DNA of 64,000 bases, taken from contig CAIJZX010000031.1 in NCBI GenBank assembly GCA_903825245.1, positions 14,413-78,412 of the forward strand. Direction: 5' to 3'. The notes under the pieces were generated by a model, which ran no database searches, was not told where the DNA came from, and worked only from the letters and a program-made list of their open reading frames with translations. Below are positions 41,034 through 49,959 of the stretch, one piece after another. The position numbers and the translations under genes are program-made. Position 1 is the first letter of the stretch, and each line of letters opens with the position of its first letter. The stretch comes from Candidatus Kerfeldbacteria bacterium (GTDB taxonomy: Bacteria; Patescibacteriota; Patescibacteriia; SBBC01; CAIJZX01).

Positions 41034-43970
41034 TTACACTGCCCGAAATTCACAAATATCCTTGTAATCACAATAATCACACATAAACTTGTTCGGCGTG
41101 GCATGGAAGTCGCCGGATTGAATCCCTTGCACTGTTTCTCGCACCCAATCAAGCGCTGCTGCCGAATCTTTTCCGCTCGGCGCCATCGACCGCGTTTCAT
41201 TTTCGTCGATGAAGGAATACTCTAATTCTTTCACCTCACCGTTGAGAATATTCGGATCTTTCACAGCCAGGGCGTAAATGAGGAGTTGGTACTTATCATC
41301 GCGTTCAAATTTTTCTTTGACCTTGCCGGTTTTATAATCGACGATTTTCACTTCCGGCTTGTCGTCAGTTCCGCCGATACGATCAATGCGATCAATCGCG
41401 CCATTAATCACAAACTCATCAACTTTCAAATTAAAGATTTGTTCGAGCCGTAGAACATTCGGCAATGCTTTTACTGTTTTCACATACCAGGCCGTTAGTG
41501 CCTTCTCGCCTTTCGTGAAGTATTCCTGGCGTAATTTCTTCGTGGTGTACCACTCGTCAATAAACGCCTGCTGGTATATGGTCAGTAACTCCGTCAGCGA
41601 AACAAGATTGCCACTTGTTTTCTTTTCCGCCGCCCGTTGTTGCCAGAGCGTAAAGAAATTCTGGAGCGTCTTGTGCATCGATGATCCATATGACAGCGCA
41701 TAACTTCCTTTCTTCGGTACTTGCAACACAAAAGCGTAGCGATACTTCCACGGACAATCGTTGTACGTCGAGAGCTTGGTAAAGCTATAATGTTTCTCGC
41801 GACTCAAGTATGTTGCAACCTCGTCTTTCTGTTTCGGTGTTGGTTGGAATTCACGGACTGGCAGCGGTGGTTTTTTCTTTTCTGCGCCGACCGGCGACTG
41901 GAGCACGCCGAGTTCATATAAAAATGCCGACGGTTTCTTTCGCCGCGTTCCGCCGTAATCTTCGGCTAACGTAAAGTACACGCCGTCACGTGCACGAGTA
42001 ATCGCCACGTACATCAACCGCCGCTCTTCCTGCAGGTGCGCATCGCCGGTCGGCAAATGTTCACGAATGAGCGCGTCTGGTACCGGCACCGGGTCAGCGC
42101 GGTTCATGCCTGGGAAACGCTGTTCGACAACGTTACCGATAAACACGTAAGGAAACTCTAAACCTTTGGCCGAATGAATCGTCATGATCTTAATCGTTTC
42201 CGGTCCGGCTTCGATATCGTGCTCAAGGCCGCCAGCATCGCCGGATTCTGTCACATGTTCAATATATCGCAGAAACGCTTTCACTGTTGCTGGACGTTCT
42301 CCGGCGGCAAACGATTCGATGATTTTAAAGAGTTGGCGCAGTAAGGAAACGAGTTCATGCGATTGTGTTGTTTCATCTTTCGTAATCGCCTTCAAGTAGC
42401 CGGAATCATTGAGGAATTGCAACAACACCTCGCCGACTGGCTTCGTGTTGGCCAGCTCGGTGTGTGTTTTGATCAAATCAAGCAGTGTTCGAATACCAGT
42501 TCGTGTTTCTTCGGCCACCGACACATCATCACAGCCTAACTGTTCAAACAACGACCGCGTTTTCTTCTTTGCCTGATAGGCTAATTCAACGACGTCACCA
42601 TGGTCAATCTGGAAGATCGGCATGGCCAAAACACGATACAGCGCCGCGTTGTCATGATAATTGTCGAGTAATCGCAAGTACGATAAGAGGTCGATTACTA
42701 ACGGCTTCGTAAATAATCCACGCGCAGCCAAAAACACATGCGGCATACCGCGTCGCACAAACTCGTTGATAAAGTTTTCCGAGTGGTCATTGGCGCGAAC
42801 AAGTACGCAAAATGCGTCCCAACCGAGTTCCGGATTATCGGCGCGCAAAGCTTCAATTTTATCCGCAACAGCGCGTGCCTCTGCTTCTTGTGTTTCCATG
42901 TGCAGAACTTGTACTTCGCCGTTTCCCTCGCGTTGCGCCGCCAATTTCTTGACGACGCTGATACCGCCGAATAAATCCTGTTTCGCTTCAAGGCGATCCG
43001 GATTATTCTTTTGGATAAAATCGTATGCTAAATCAAGAATTGCTTGTTTGGTTCGATAGTTCTTTGTCAGGACGATAACTTCCGCATCAGGAAAATCTTT
43101 TTTGAAATCAATAATGTTCGATACCGAGGCGCCGCGGAATTTATAAATGGATTGATCGTCATCACCAACCACGGTCAAATTATTCCGCGGTGCGGCTAAT
43201 CGCTTGATCAATTCATACTGCGCCCAGTTTGTGTCCTGAAATTCATCGACAAGAATGTATTGAAATTGTTGTTGGTATTTTTTCAATATTGCCGGGCGTT
43301 CACGCAATAATCGTAAGGTATACAAAATCAAATCACCAAAATCGAGCGCGTTGTTGTCGAGGAGAAGTTGATTATACGTTTCATACGCTTTCGCCAGTTC
43401 TGTAATGCGATCAGCTTCGGCTTGTTCTTCTGGTGGTTTTTTTGATTTTCCCTTCGATAACGCTTTCGCATGCTTCACGTATTCCGCCGGTGAAATGTCT
43501 TCATCTTTCAAGCGCGAGAAGTGTTTGACCAGCGCCGAAATAAACTTGGTCGGGTTACCGAGCGGCCGATAGTAGTCGAGATTAAACTCATCAAGGTGTT
43601 CGCGGATGAGCAGCCACTGATCTGTCTGCGATAGTAACTTAAAATCGTTCGATAATCCAATATCAAGCGCGTGGGCTTGCAGGAGTCGCTGGCCAAACCC
43701 ATGAAACGTCATCACCCATAAATCAACATACCCAAACGGCAACACCCGCTCCACGCGGTCTTGCATTTCACCGGACGCTTTGTCGGTAAACGTCAGAGCT
43801 AAGATATTATCCGATGGCACCTGCTCATCCATGATCAGATGGGCGATGCGCTCAGTCACCACGGTTGTTTTTCCTGTTCCGGCTCCGGCTACGATTAACA
43901 GCGGCCCCTGACCATGATGAATAGCCTGCTGTTGTGCTTCATTAACTTTTTCTGGGATTTCACCGGGCAT
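41034..43970 (-). CDS. UvrD/PcrA-family helicase fused to C-terminal PD-(D/E)XK nuclease (AdnAB/AddA-like)
   Basis: AGAGTGKT, LVDEFQD, VGDDDQSIYKFRGA, TIHSAKGLEF, EERRLMYVAITRA; G.IDRID, IVDYKTG; CPW plus CxxC.....C Fe-S pattern. Confidence 0.93.
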   Translation of the reverse strand: MPGEIPEKVNEAQQQAIHHGQGPLLIVAGAGTGKTTVVTERIAHLIMDEQVPSDNILALTFTDKASGEMQDRVERVLPFGYVDLWVMTFHGFGQRLLQAHALDIGLSNDFKLLSQTDQWLLIREHLDEFNLDYYRPLGNPTKFISALVKHFSRLKDEDISPAEYVKHAKALSKGKSKKPPEEQAEADRITELAKAYETYNQLLLDNNALDFGDLILYTLRLLRERPAILKKYQQQFQYILVDEFQDTNWAQYELIKRLAAPRNNLTVVGDDDQSIYKFRGASVSNIIDFKKDFPDAEVIVLTKNYRTKQAILDLAYDFIQKNNPDRLEAKQDLFGGISVVKKLAAQREGNGEVQVLHMETQEAEARAVADKIEALRADNPELGWDAFCVLVRANDHSENFINEFVRRGMPHVFLAARGLFTKPLVIDLLSYLRLLDNYHDNAALYRVLAMPIFQIDHGDVVELAYQAKKKTRSLFEQLGCDDVSVAEETRTGIRTLLDLIKTHTELANTKPVGEVLLQFLNDSGYLKAITKDETTQSHELVSLLRQLFKIIESFAAGERPATVKAFLRYIEHVTESGDAGGLEHDIEAGPETIKIMTIHSAKGLEFPYVFIGNVVEQRFPGMNRADPVPVPDALIREHLPTGDAHLQEERRLMYVAITRARDGVYFTLAEDYGGTRRKKPSAFLYELGVLQSPVGAEKKKPPLPVREFQPTPKQKDEVATYLSREKHYSFTKLSTYNDCPWKYRYAFVLQVPKKGSYALSYGSSMHKTLQNFFTLWQQRAAEKKTSGNLVSLTELLTIYQQAFIDEWYTTKKLRQEYFTKGEKALTAWYVKTVKALPNVLRLEQIFNLKVDEFVINGAIDRIDRIGGTDDKPEVKIVDYKTGKVKEKFERDDKYQLLIYALAVKDPNILNGEVKELEYSFIDENETRSMAPSGKDSAAALDWVRETVQGIQSGDFHATPNKFMCDYCDYKDICEFRAV

Positions 43971-43989
43971 GTGATTAGTGTACCATAAA

Positions 43990-44020
43990 ATCCTTAATGG
44001 GACTGAGTCCCAATAAGGAT
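43990..44020. repeat. Family C palindrome, copy 2
   Basis: ATCCTTAATGGGACTGAGTCCCAATAAGGAT. Confidence 0.85.
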
Positions 44021-44129
44021 TACCACAAATCTTTACCACAATAATCGCTTTTAAAGCTACCTTGACATACCTCCTTCGGCGTGATAGCGTCGACCCAACT
44101 TCACCCGCTCTTTCCCAAGGAGGTTACTC

Positions 44130-44630
44130 GTGAAGCTCGAAAGATTTCTCGTCTTCGTCCGCATCCTGCCCCGTCCTGGTGATGAACTCGAGCAACGAAC
44201 GCTTTTCGAATCAACGGAGTACGAAGTACCAATTTTCGGTGAATTTCTGATCGAAGCGAAAGCCGCGTCTTTCGTTGATGCACAACGGCAACCAATTTCG
44301 CGCCAGGAAATCATCAACCGGCTCTGGAAATACTTCGGTCAGCAGGGACAGGAATTGGCGGGCTCAGCCACGCTCGAAGAAGATCTCGAAACCATGGACA
44401 TGGAATTCGATGATCCCCTTCAGGCTCCACTCGATGGTTTCTGGATCAGGATCACCGGCGTGATTACCTCACTCGAGGGACAAGGTTTGTCCTGGAATGC
44501 TCCGATGAGACACGGCCGCTTGCCTGCCATCCCTCAGATGACGGTCGAAAATGCTGATGCCATCGGTTATCCAATCGCCCACGTCCTGGCCGAGATCGTC
44601 GAGTTCGAAGTTGATCCTATGAGCGTTTGA
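44130..44630 (+). CDS. Acidic hypothetical protein (cassette gene)
   Basis: TTGACA-17-TAGCGT, CGCTCTTTCCCA, AGGAGG before GTG; terminator CCGCATTCAC/GTGAATGCGG-T6. Confidence 0.7.
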   Translation: MKLERFLVFVRILPRPGDELEQRTLFESTEYEVPIFGEFLIEAKAASFVDAQRQPISRQEIINRLWKYFGQQGQELAGSATLEEDLETMDMEFDDPLQAPLDGFWIRITGVITSLEGQGLSWNAPMRHGRLPAIPQMTVENADAIGYPIAHVLAEIVEFEVDPMSV

Positions 44631-44710
44631 TCACCGCCCCACTCTATCGTATACTCCGCCGCATTCACGTGAATGCGGTTTTTTCTTTCCTCACGCAAGC
44701 TGGTGTGTAC

Positions 44711-44735
44711 CTTAAAAGGACTGAGTCTCAATAAG
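44711..44735. repeat. Family C palindrome, degenerate copy 3
   Basis: CTTAAAAGGACTGAGTCTCAATAAG. Confidence 0.65.
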
Positions 44736-44764
44736 AAAAACACCGTGATAAGCGGTGTAAAGAT

Positions 44765-45127
44765 CTACGCGGGACTACTTGGGTTTTGTTTGGACATAGC
44801 CACTGGATGCATTTTCGACTGCCAATCGCCTGTCGCCGGATCGCGCCAGACATCCATCGGTACCTCCATCCAAACCCGGACCGGTTTTCCGTGCACGAGC
44901 GCCGGTGTGAATTGTGCTGACCGCAAGGCCTGCACTGCGTTCTCTTCCCACGGCGTGGGTTTCCGAAGCGAGTCGCCGACGAAACAACGGGCAATCGTTC
45001 CATCGGTGTTGAGCAGAGCCGTGACCGATACAATGCCGTTTGCGGGTGGTAGTGGAGTTTCCGTGCATGATTGGGCACCCACCACGAGCAGGCAACACCC
45101 AATGAACACCATACGACGAAGTCGCAT
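44765..45127 (-). CDS. TonB C-terminal-domain protein, possible lipoprotein (cassette gene)
   Basis: G.V.V..L..DG.I..., AVQALRSAQFTPA..HGKPV.VW...P; signal ending AQSC; AAAGGAGG. Confidence 0.7.
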   Translation of the reverse strand: MRLRRMVFIGCCLLVVGAQSCTETPLPPANGIVSVTALLNTDGTIARCFVGDSLRKPTPWEENAVQALRSAQFTPALVHGKPVRVWMEVPMDVWRDPATGDWQSKMHPVAMSKQNPSSPA

Positions 45128-45266
45128 CAGACCTCCTTTGAAAGGGACAACGAACATTCCGTACTCTACCAACGAAAAAACCGGTCGTCAACCGTATGGC
45201 TGGACATGCAAAAATGGAGCTGAGCTGAAATACACTCCGCCGATTAGCTCCTCGATGCTGACACCG

Positions 45267-45677
45267 CTAAACAGCTTCGACGGTCACGCTATGGTTATCC
45301 CCGAGCGTCGCCAGGAACGTTTTCACGGTCAATCCGAATTTCGCTTCGATCATGGCTTTCGCTTTCGCCAGATCGGCGTGATGTCGTTCGGTTTCGGCTT
45401 CCGGTGTGGCAAAAATTTTTCCGTAAGCGCCGCAATCGCGGTGGTTGATAAGCCACACTTCCGAAATTTCATGCAAGCGCTTCGAAATATCAATTTGTCG
45501 TTCAATGAATTCTATGTCGGTCGGTTGCGTCGGATCGACGAGATTCTTCACCGCCCCAGCAACCACCACGCGATCATACTGATTCGTTAAACCCTGGTCA
45601 TCGAACCAAAGATTCATTCCGTCAACCAGGCGAAAATCCATACAGTGGAGAACGAGGGCTTTGGCGTTGTGGGACAT
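45267..45677 (-). CDS. Small beta-class carbonic anhydrase-like protein
   Basis: CMDFR and HRDCGAY zinc-ligand motifs. Confidence 0.85.
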   Translation of the reverse strand: MSHNAKALVLHCMDFRLVDGMNLWFDDQGLTNQYDRVVVAGAVKNLVDPTQPTDIEFIERQIDISKRLHEISEVWLINHRDCGAYGKIFATPEAETERHHADLAKAKAMIEAKFGLTVKTFLATLGDNHSVTVEAV

Positions 45678-45744
45678 TATTTCAGTATCATTAGTGATAA
45701 AAATATAGTGTAGCAAAAAAAGAGTCGTCGCACTATCTTGACGA

Positions 45745-45804
45745 ACCCCATGCCGTCCTCCAGCTTGCGCTGGAGTTCCTCCCTTCCCCTCAAACGAGGG
45801 GAAG
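45745..45804. repeat. Family A-like REP element
   Basis: ACCCC, CTCCAGC/GCTGGAG, CTTCCCCTC/GAGGGGAAG. Confidence 0.6.
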
Positions 45805-45866
45805 TGTATATAAAAAAATGGACTGGTAGTGTACCAGTCCGGTGAGAATCGAACAAGAACGAGCGT

Positions 45867-46550
45867 TTACGACACGAGCAACCGTTCCAGCAAATCGGGC
45901 GCCAGCCGTTCGACGAACTGAATGTCCGTCATCCGCATGACCTCAGCCATACCGATTTTCCGGAACAATTCATTCTTGTCGTCAATGACCCGCGTGCGCT
46001 GGTGCTCAATGCCGTCCTTACAGAAACGACGGTTGTACATGCAGTAGATGCCGAGCTCTCCGAAAATCGGAACCAGGCGTCGACAGACCTGCCGCTTCGC
46101 ATCAACCGTCAGGAAGATGCGCTGGGCGACAGTGATGCCGCGGGCCTCGCACACGCCACAGTGATCGCCGTGACTCGACAAGCCGATCGTCCGCGCGTTG
46201 AGGATTCCGATCGCATCGGCAAAGTCGTCCATCTTGCCAATGAAATACTCCGGAATATACCCCGGGCAGTACTCCGAAAACTTGATTGCCCCGCCCCCGC
46301 CATCAATGCGAGTGATTTTTTTCTTCGGCTTCAGGACCGGTACTTGCGTTTTCAGATCGCCATGAAGCTTGTTGTGCGTCTTGTACATCCACTCATGGCG
46401 CGGAATACACGTATCCGGATCAAAGCAGTCGTTATCGATGATGACCGGCGCCTCACTTTCATCGTTCGTCAGGTGACGAAAAACATCGATCCGATGCATA
46501 GCAACGACGACAAGCGAGCTGGCCGGTTGTTTACCTTCTCCAAGATACAC
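45867..46550 (-). CDS. Hypothetical Cys/His-containing protein (cassette gene)
   Basis: TTGACA-17-TATGGT, TGTTCATTCCA, AAGGAGG before GTG 46550; own terminator; DCFDP..C and H.DHCG motifs could bind zinc. Confidence 0.7.
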   Translation of the reverse strand: MYLGEGKQPASSLVVVAMHRIDVFRHLTNDESEAPVIIDNDCFDPDTCIPRHEWMYKTHNKLHGDLKTQVPVLKPKKKITRIDGGGGAIKFSEYCPGYIPEYFIGKMDDFADAIGILNARTIGLSSHGDHCGVCEARGITVAQRIFLTVDAKRQVCRRLVPIFGELGIYCMYNRRFCKDGIEHQRTRVIDDKNELFRKIGMAEVMRMTDIQFVERLAPDLLERLLVS

Positions 46551-46634
46551 GCGGAACCTCCTTGTGTTGGCGTTTTCTAGTGATGGAATGAACAAACTAA
46601 GTTACGACCATACGCCAAAAGCGGGATATTGTCA

Positions 46635-46738
46635 ACCCAGCACCACAATGACGAAAATATGGCTATGTAATATCGTAGTTTTTTGTGAGAATCTTCATAT
46701 TGCAATTAAACCACAAATCAATCATTGTGGTGCTGGGT
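46635..46738. repeat. Family D inverted-repeat element (MITE-like)
   Basis: Perfect 17-bp inverted repeats ACCCAGCACCACAATGA/TCATTGTGGTGCTGGGT around an AT-rich core. Confidence 0.8.
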
Positions 46739-46811
46739 CAACCCCACCTACCGTTATGCAAACAAGCACCGTCAGCTTACGGTTTCTCGCAACTGGTTGT
46801 ATAAATTTGTT

Positions 46812-48374
46812 TTACCGTCGTTGATAAATCCCAAATTTCCCGTATTGATAGACCAGGATAAAGTGCTCGGTAAAATCCGGTAACTTCGAAATCGCCTTGT
46901 AGACGGTATCGGGAGGATAGGACATCATGGCAATGTAGTTCACACTGGCCGACGGTTTGGCTAATGCGTTTGTCCAATATTGTCGCGTTCCTTCATGCAC
47001 ATATGTCCGCATCGGCAAACCGGTACGAGCCACAAATGCATCATGTGATGCAAGGCTCGTAAGTATTAGACCACCTTGATAATGCTGAGCAAGCCAGTGA
47101 CTCGCTTCAACCGTATAACTCGTTGTGGCTAATCCTTTAAGTCCGTCAGCTAAAACAATCGGGGTTCCCTGATATGCAAAGAGTCCAAATTGCACCACCA
47201 CGGCCATCATGGCAATCCACACAAATTTTCGATATGATGCAGCCAATCCGATAATCACCGCCATCGCCGGAATGACAAGCAAACCATAGCGGGTATTAAA
47301 CAATCCGGGATTTATTGCCGCTTGCGGAATATTCAATCCTGATTGACCGAAGTATAGCGCCAGCACATTAAAAACAAATGGCGTTGCTAACGCAGCCAGA
47401 ATAATCCAGGTCGCTGATTTCCGTAGGAACCAGACCAAGGCCGCTAAGCTAGCCACGGTTACCACCGATATCGCCCACCCAATCGAATCCACCATCGCCC
47501 ACCCGTAGTACGAAAGTGAAGTAACAATATGTCCGGCCGTCGGCAATTGCCCCGCACTGCGGATAACATTCTGTTGTGAAAGCGCAGAATACGGGCCGCG
47601 CATGAAGTATAAGGCATCGCCGAAAATAGCTTGATTCCAGAGTAACCACACAACGATTCCAAAACCGCCGATAGAGAGAAATAAAACGAGTGCACCTTCG
47701 GCTTTCTTCCGTCCGCGCGTCACCCAACCCCAACTATATAACATAACCGCAATACTGGCGAAGAAAAACCAACCATCATAGCGAACGAGCGTCGTTGCTA
47801 AAACACTCAGCCCACACTGCAATAAATTCGCAATACTCTTCGTGGTAATGTATTTCGCTAATGCGTAGACCGCTAACGTTGCTCCAGCGAGAAATAGCGG
47901 CTCTGTCATCGGCGTCGTCGATAAATACAGGAAATTAGGATTTGTTCCCACAATCAACGCTCCAGCAATCGCCGCCAAGGTATTCTTCGTCAGCAGTCGA
48001 ATGAGTTTCCAAACAAAAACCACAGTTAGCACATATGATGCCATCGACACGATACTCCCAGCTAAACCCGAATGCCACATGAAATTGTTCCAAACAGTCA
48101 ACAACATCAACAGATGAGGTAACGGTAACCACACCGTTCCGATTTGTGATAATCCAGGTGTTAAGTTATCGACAATCCGCCGAGCGATGTTGAGGTGCGA
48201 CGCGGCGTCGTTGTAGGTGAGGACGTAGCCGTGATGGAATGACCAGAACCAAGAAAGACAGATAACCAAAATTGCTACCAACCAAATGTGTTTTTCTATT
48301 ACATGAAAATTGACACTGGAATGGCTCTTAAGCTTATCCTCAAATATTTGCTGTTTTGACTCCCTCAGATCCAT
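46812..48374 (-). CDS. GT-C glycosyltransferase (PMT/ArnT-like)
   Basis: YNDAASHLNIARR, WLPLPHLL, T.MTEPLF, RYDGW, NTRYG; many TM segments. Confidence 0.85.
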   Translation of the reverse strand: MDLRESKQQIFEDKLKSHSSVNFHVIEKHIWLVAILVICLSWFWSFHHGYVLTYNDAASHLNIARRIVDNLTPGLSQIGTVWLPLPHLLMLLTVWNNFMWHSGLAGSIVSMASYVLTVVFVWKLIRLLTKNTLAAIAGALIVGTNPNFLYLSTTPMTEPLFLAGATLAVYALAKYITTKSIANLLQCGLSVLATTLVRYDGWFFFASIAVMLYSWGWVTRGRKKAEGALVLFLSIGGFGIVVWLLWNQAIFGDALYFMRGPYSALSQQNVIRSAGQLPTAGHIVTSLSYYGWAMVDSIGWAISVVTVASLAALVWFLRKSATWIILAALATPFVFNVLALYFGQSGLNIPQAAINPGLFNTRYGLLVIPAMAVIIGLAASYRKFVWIAMMAVVVQFGLFAYQGTPIVLADGLKGLATTSYTVEASHWLAQHYQGGLILTSLASHDAFVARTGLPMRTYVHEGTRQYWTNALAKPSASVNYIAMMSYPPDTVYKAISKLPDFTEHFILVYQYGKFGIYQRR

Positions 48375-48413
48375 GTATGAACAGACGTTATGTAAAAAAC
48401 TATAGTATGTGAA

Positions 48414-49958
48414 CTATTTTTTAATATACATTTGCATAGACCCGTAGTTGGCAGCTTTAATATAGTTATTCTGAAAGTCGACGTTATTAGACATGCTTGA
48501 TTTTATCTTATCAAGCCAAGATTCACCAAAAACTATACATTTTGCATATTTCGTTGGCACCATTAATGATGCTTTCCAATATTTGCCCGTACCTTCTGTA
48601 ATAAAGTGATTCATAGTAAGTCCTGCTCGGAATACTATAGTTTCGAAGCCAGCAGCGCTTATTAAGGTTAATCCATCACTACAATTTTTGCCAATCCATT
48701 GTGCTGTTTTTGTGTCAGTAATATTGTTTCCCGCCATTGTGTCTTTAAGGTCAGTAATATTACGCGCTTTAAGTTGGCCACCATTATAATAAAATGTTAC
48801 TGCTTGCAAAAGAAGTAACAACAATACTATTGCCTTAACGGACTTACTCCTCACTGTTAAAAAACCAATTAAAATGGCAATTGACGGTAACATGATTAAT
48901 CCATAACGCACATTGAAGAAAGACGGGTCAAATGGAGTAACGTCTGGAAGCCAAATTATTGATTGCCCGATAAATAAAGAGATACAATGAAAAATATATG
49001 GGACGAACAAAAATACTGCCAATGAAATTTTTATTTGTAATTTTATTTTTTTAAAGAATAGTGAAATTAAACCTAAAATTCCAAGTATAAATGCAATCCA
49101 GCCCGAGTTATATATTACTGCTTTACTATATGTCCATATAGCTAATAAAATATTGCCCTTAGCTGGTAACTTCCCAAGCTGTTCCCATATAATTTGCTGC
49201 CCTCTCGCCGAAAATTCACTCGACATAAAGTAGGTAGCGCTTCCAAAAATAGTTTGGTTATATATTAGCCATAAAACAATACCCAAGCCTCCCAGAAAAA
49301 GAAATATAATGGTTCTTCCTTCAGCATATTTGTAATTACGTTTTTTTATACTGATAATAAAAACATAGGGAACCGCGAAGATAAATAGGAACCAGCCTTC
49401 ATATCGCGTCAAGGTAGCAAAAAATACTAATAACGCCCCTATTAATAGTTGAGATATTTTTTGTTCAACACCCCATTTTAGCAAAAAATATATACTCCAA
49501 ATACATGTGGCAATAAGTAATGGTTCAAACATTGCCGTCGTTTGCATATACAGTAAATTTGCATTCGTCGCAAAAGCGAACGCACCAATTAATCCCGACA
49601 CTTTATCTTTTGTCAGGAAAGTAACGATTTTGTAGATTGCAAGTACAGAAATAATAAAGGAAAGCATTGATACTGTGCTTCCCGCAAATCCGCTTTGCCA
49701 AAGAAAAAAGTTTATCGCCAGAGGCAATTCAAGAAGATGTAATAGTGGCAACCAATTGCTTCCAATTTGGACTATACCCGGTGTTAATGAGTCTGTAATC
49801 CTGCGTGCAATATTCAGATGCGATGCTGCATCATTATATTCAAGTGTAAGATGGTGTGTGTAATAGAAAACTAAGGCTGTGACGCTTACAATAGTAGATA
49901 CTATAAGGACTATAATTTGATCGTGTTTACGAAATAACTCCAGAAATTTTGCTTTCAT
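48414..49958 (-). CDS. GT-C glycosyltransferase paralogue, very AT-rich
   Basis: Same motifs: YNDAASHLNIARR, WLPL.HLL, RYEGW, NVRYG. Confidence 0.85.
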   Translation of the reverse strand: MKAKFLELFRKHDQIIVLIVSTIVSVTALVFYYTHHLTLEYNDAASHLNIARRITDSLTPGIVQIGSNWLPLLHLLELPLAINFFLWQSGFAGSTVSMLSFIISVLAIYKIVTFLTKDKVSGLIGAFAFATNANLLYMQTTAMFEPLLIATCIWSIYFLLKWGVEQKISQLLIGALLVFFATLTRYEGWFLFIFAVPYVFIISIKKRNYKYAEGRTIIFLFLGGLGIVLWLIYNQTIFGSATYFMSSEFSARGQQIIWEQLGKLPAKGNILLAIWTYSKAVIYNSGWIAFILGILGLISLFFKKIKLQIKISLAVFLFVPYIFHCISLFIGQSIIWLPDVTPFDPSFFNVRYGLIMLPSIAILIGFLTVRSKSVKAIVLLLLLLQAVTFYYNGGQLKARNITDLKDTMAGNNITDTKTAQWIGKNCSDGLTLISAAGFETIVFRAGLTMNHFITEGTGKYWKASLMVPTKYAKCIVFGESWLDKIKSSMSNNVDFQNNYIKAANYGSMQMYIKK

Positions 49959-49959
49959 A

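Noticed and set aside
44673-45590. 305-aa plus-strand ORF
   Set aside because: Antisense shadow across two recognisable minus-strand genes and a repeat; no protein-like motifs.
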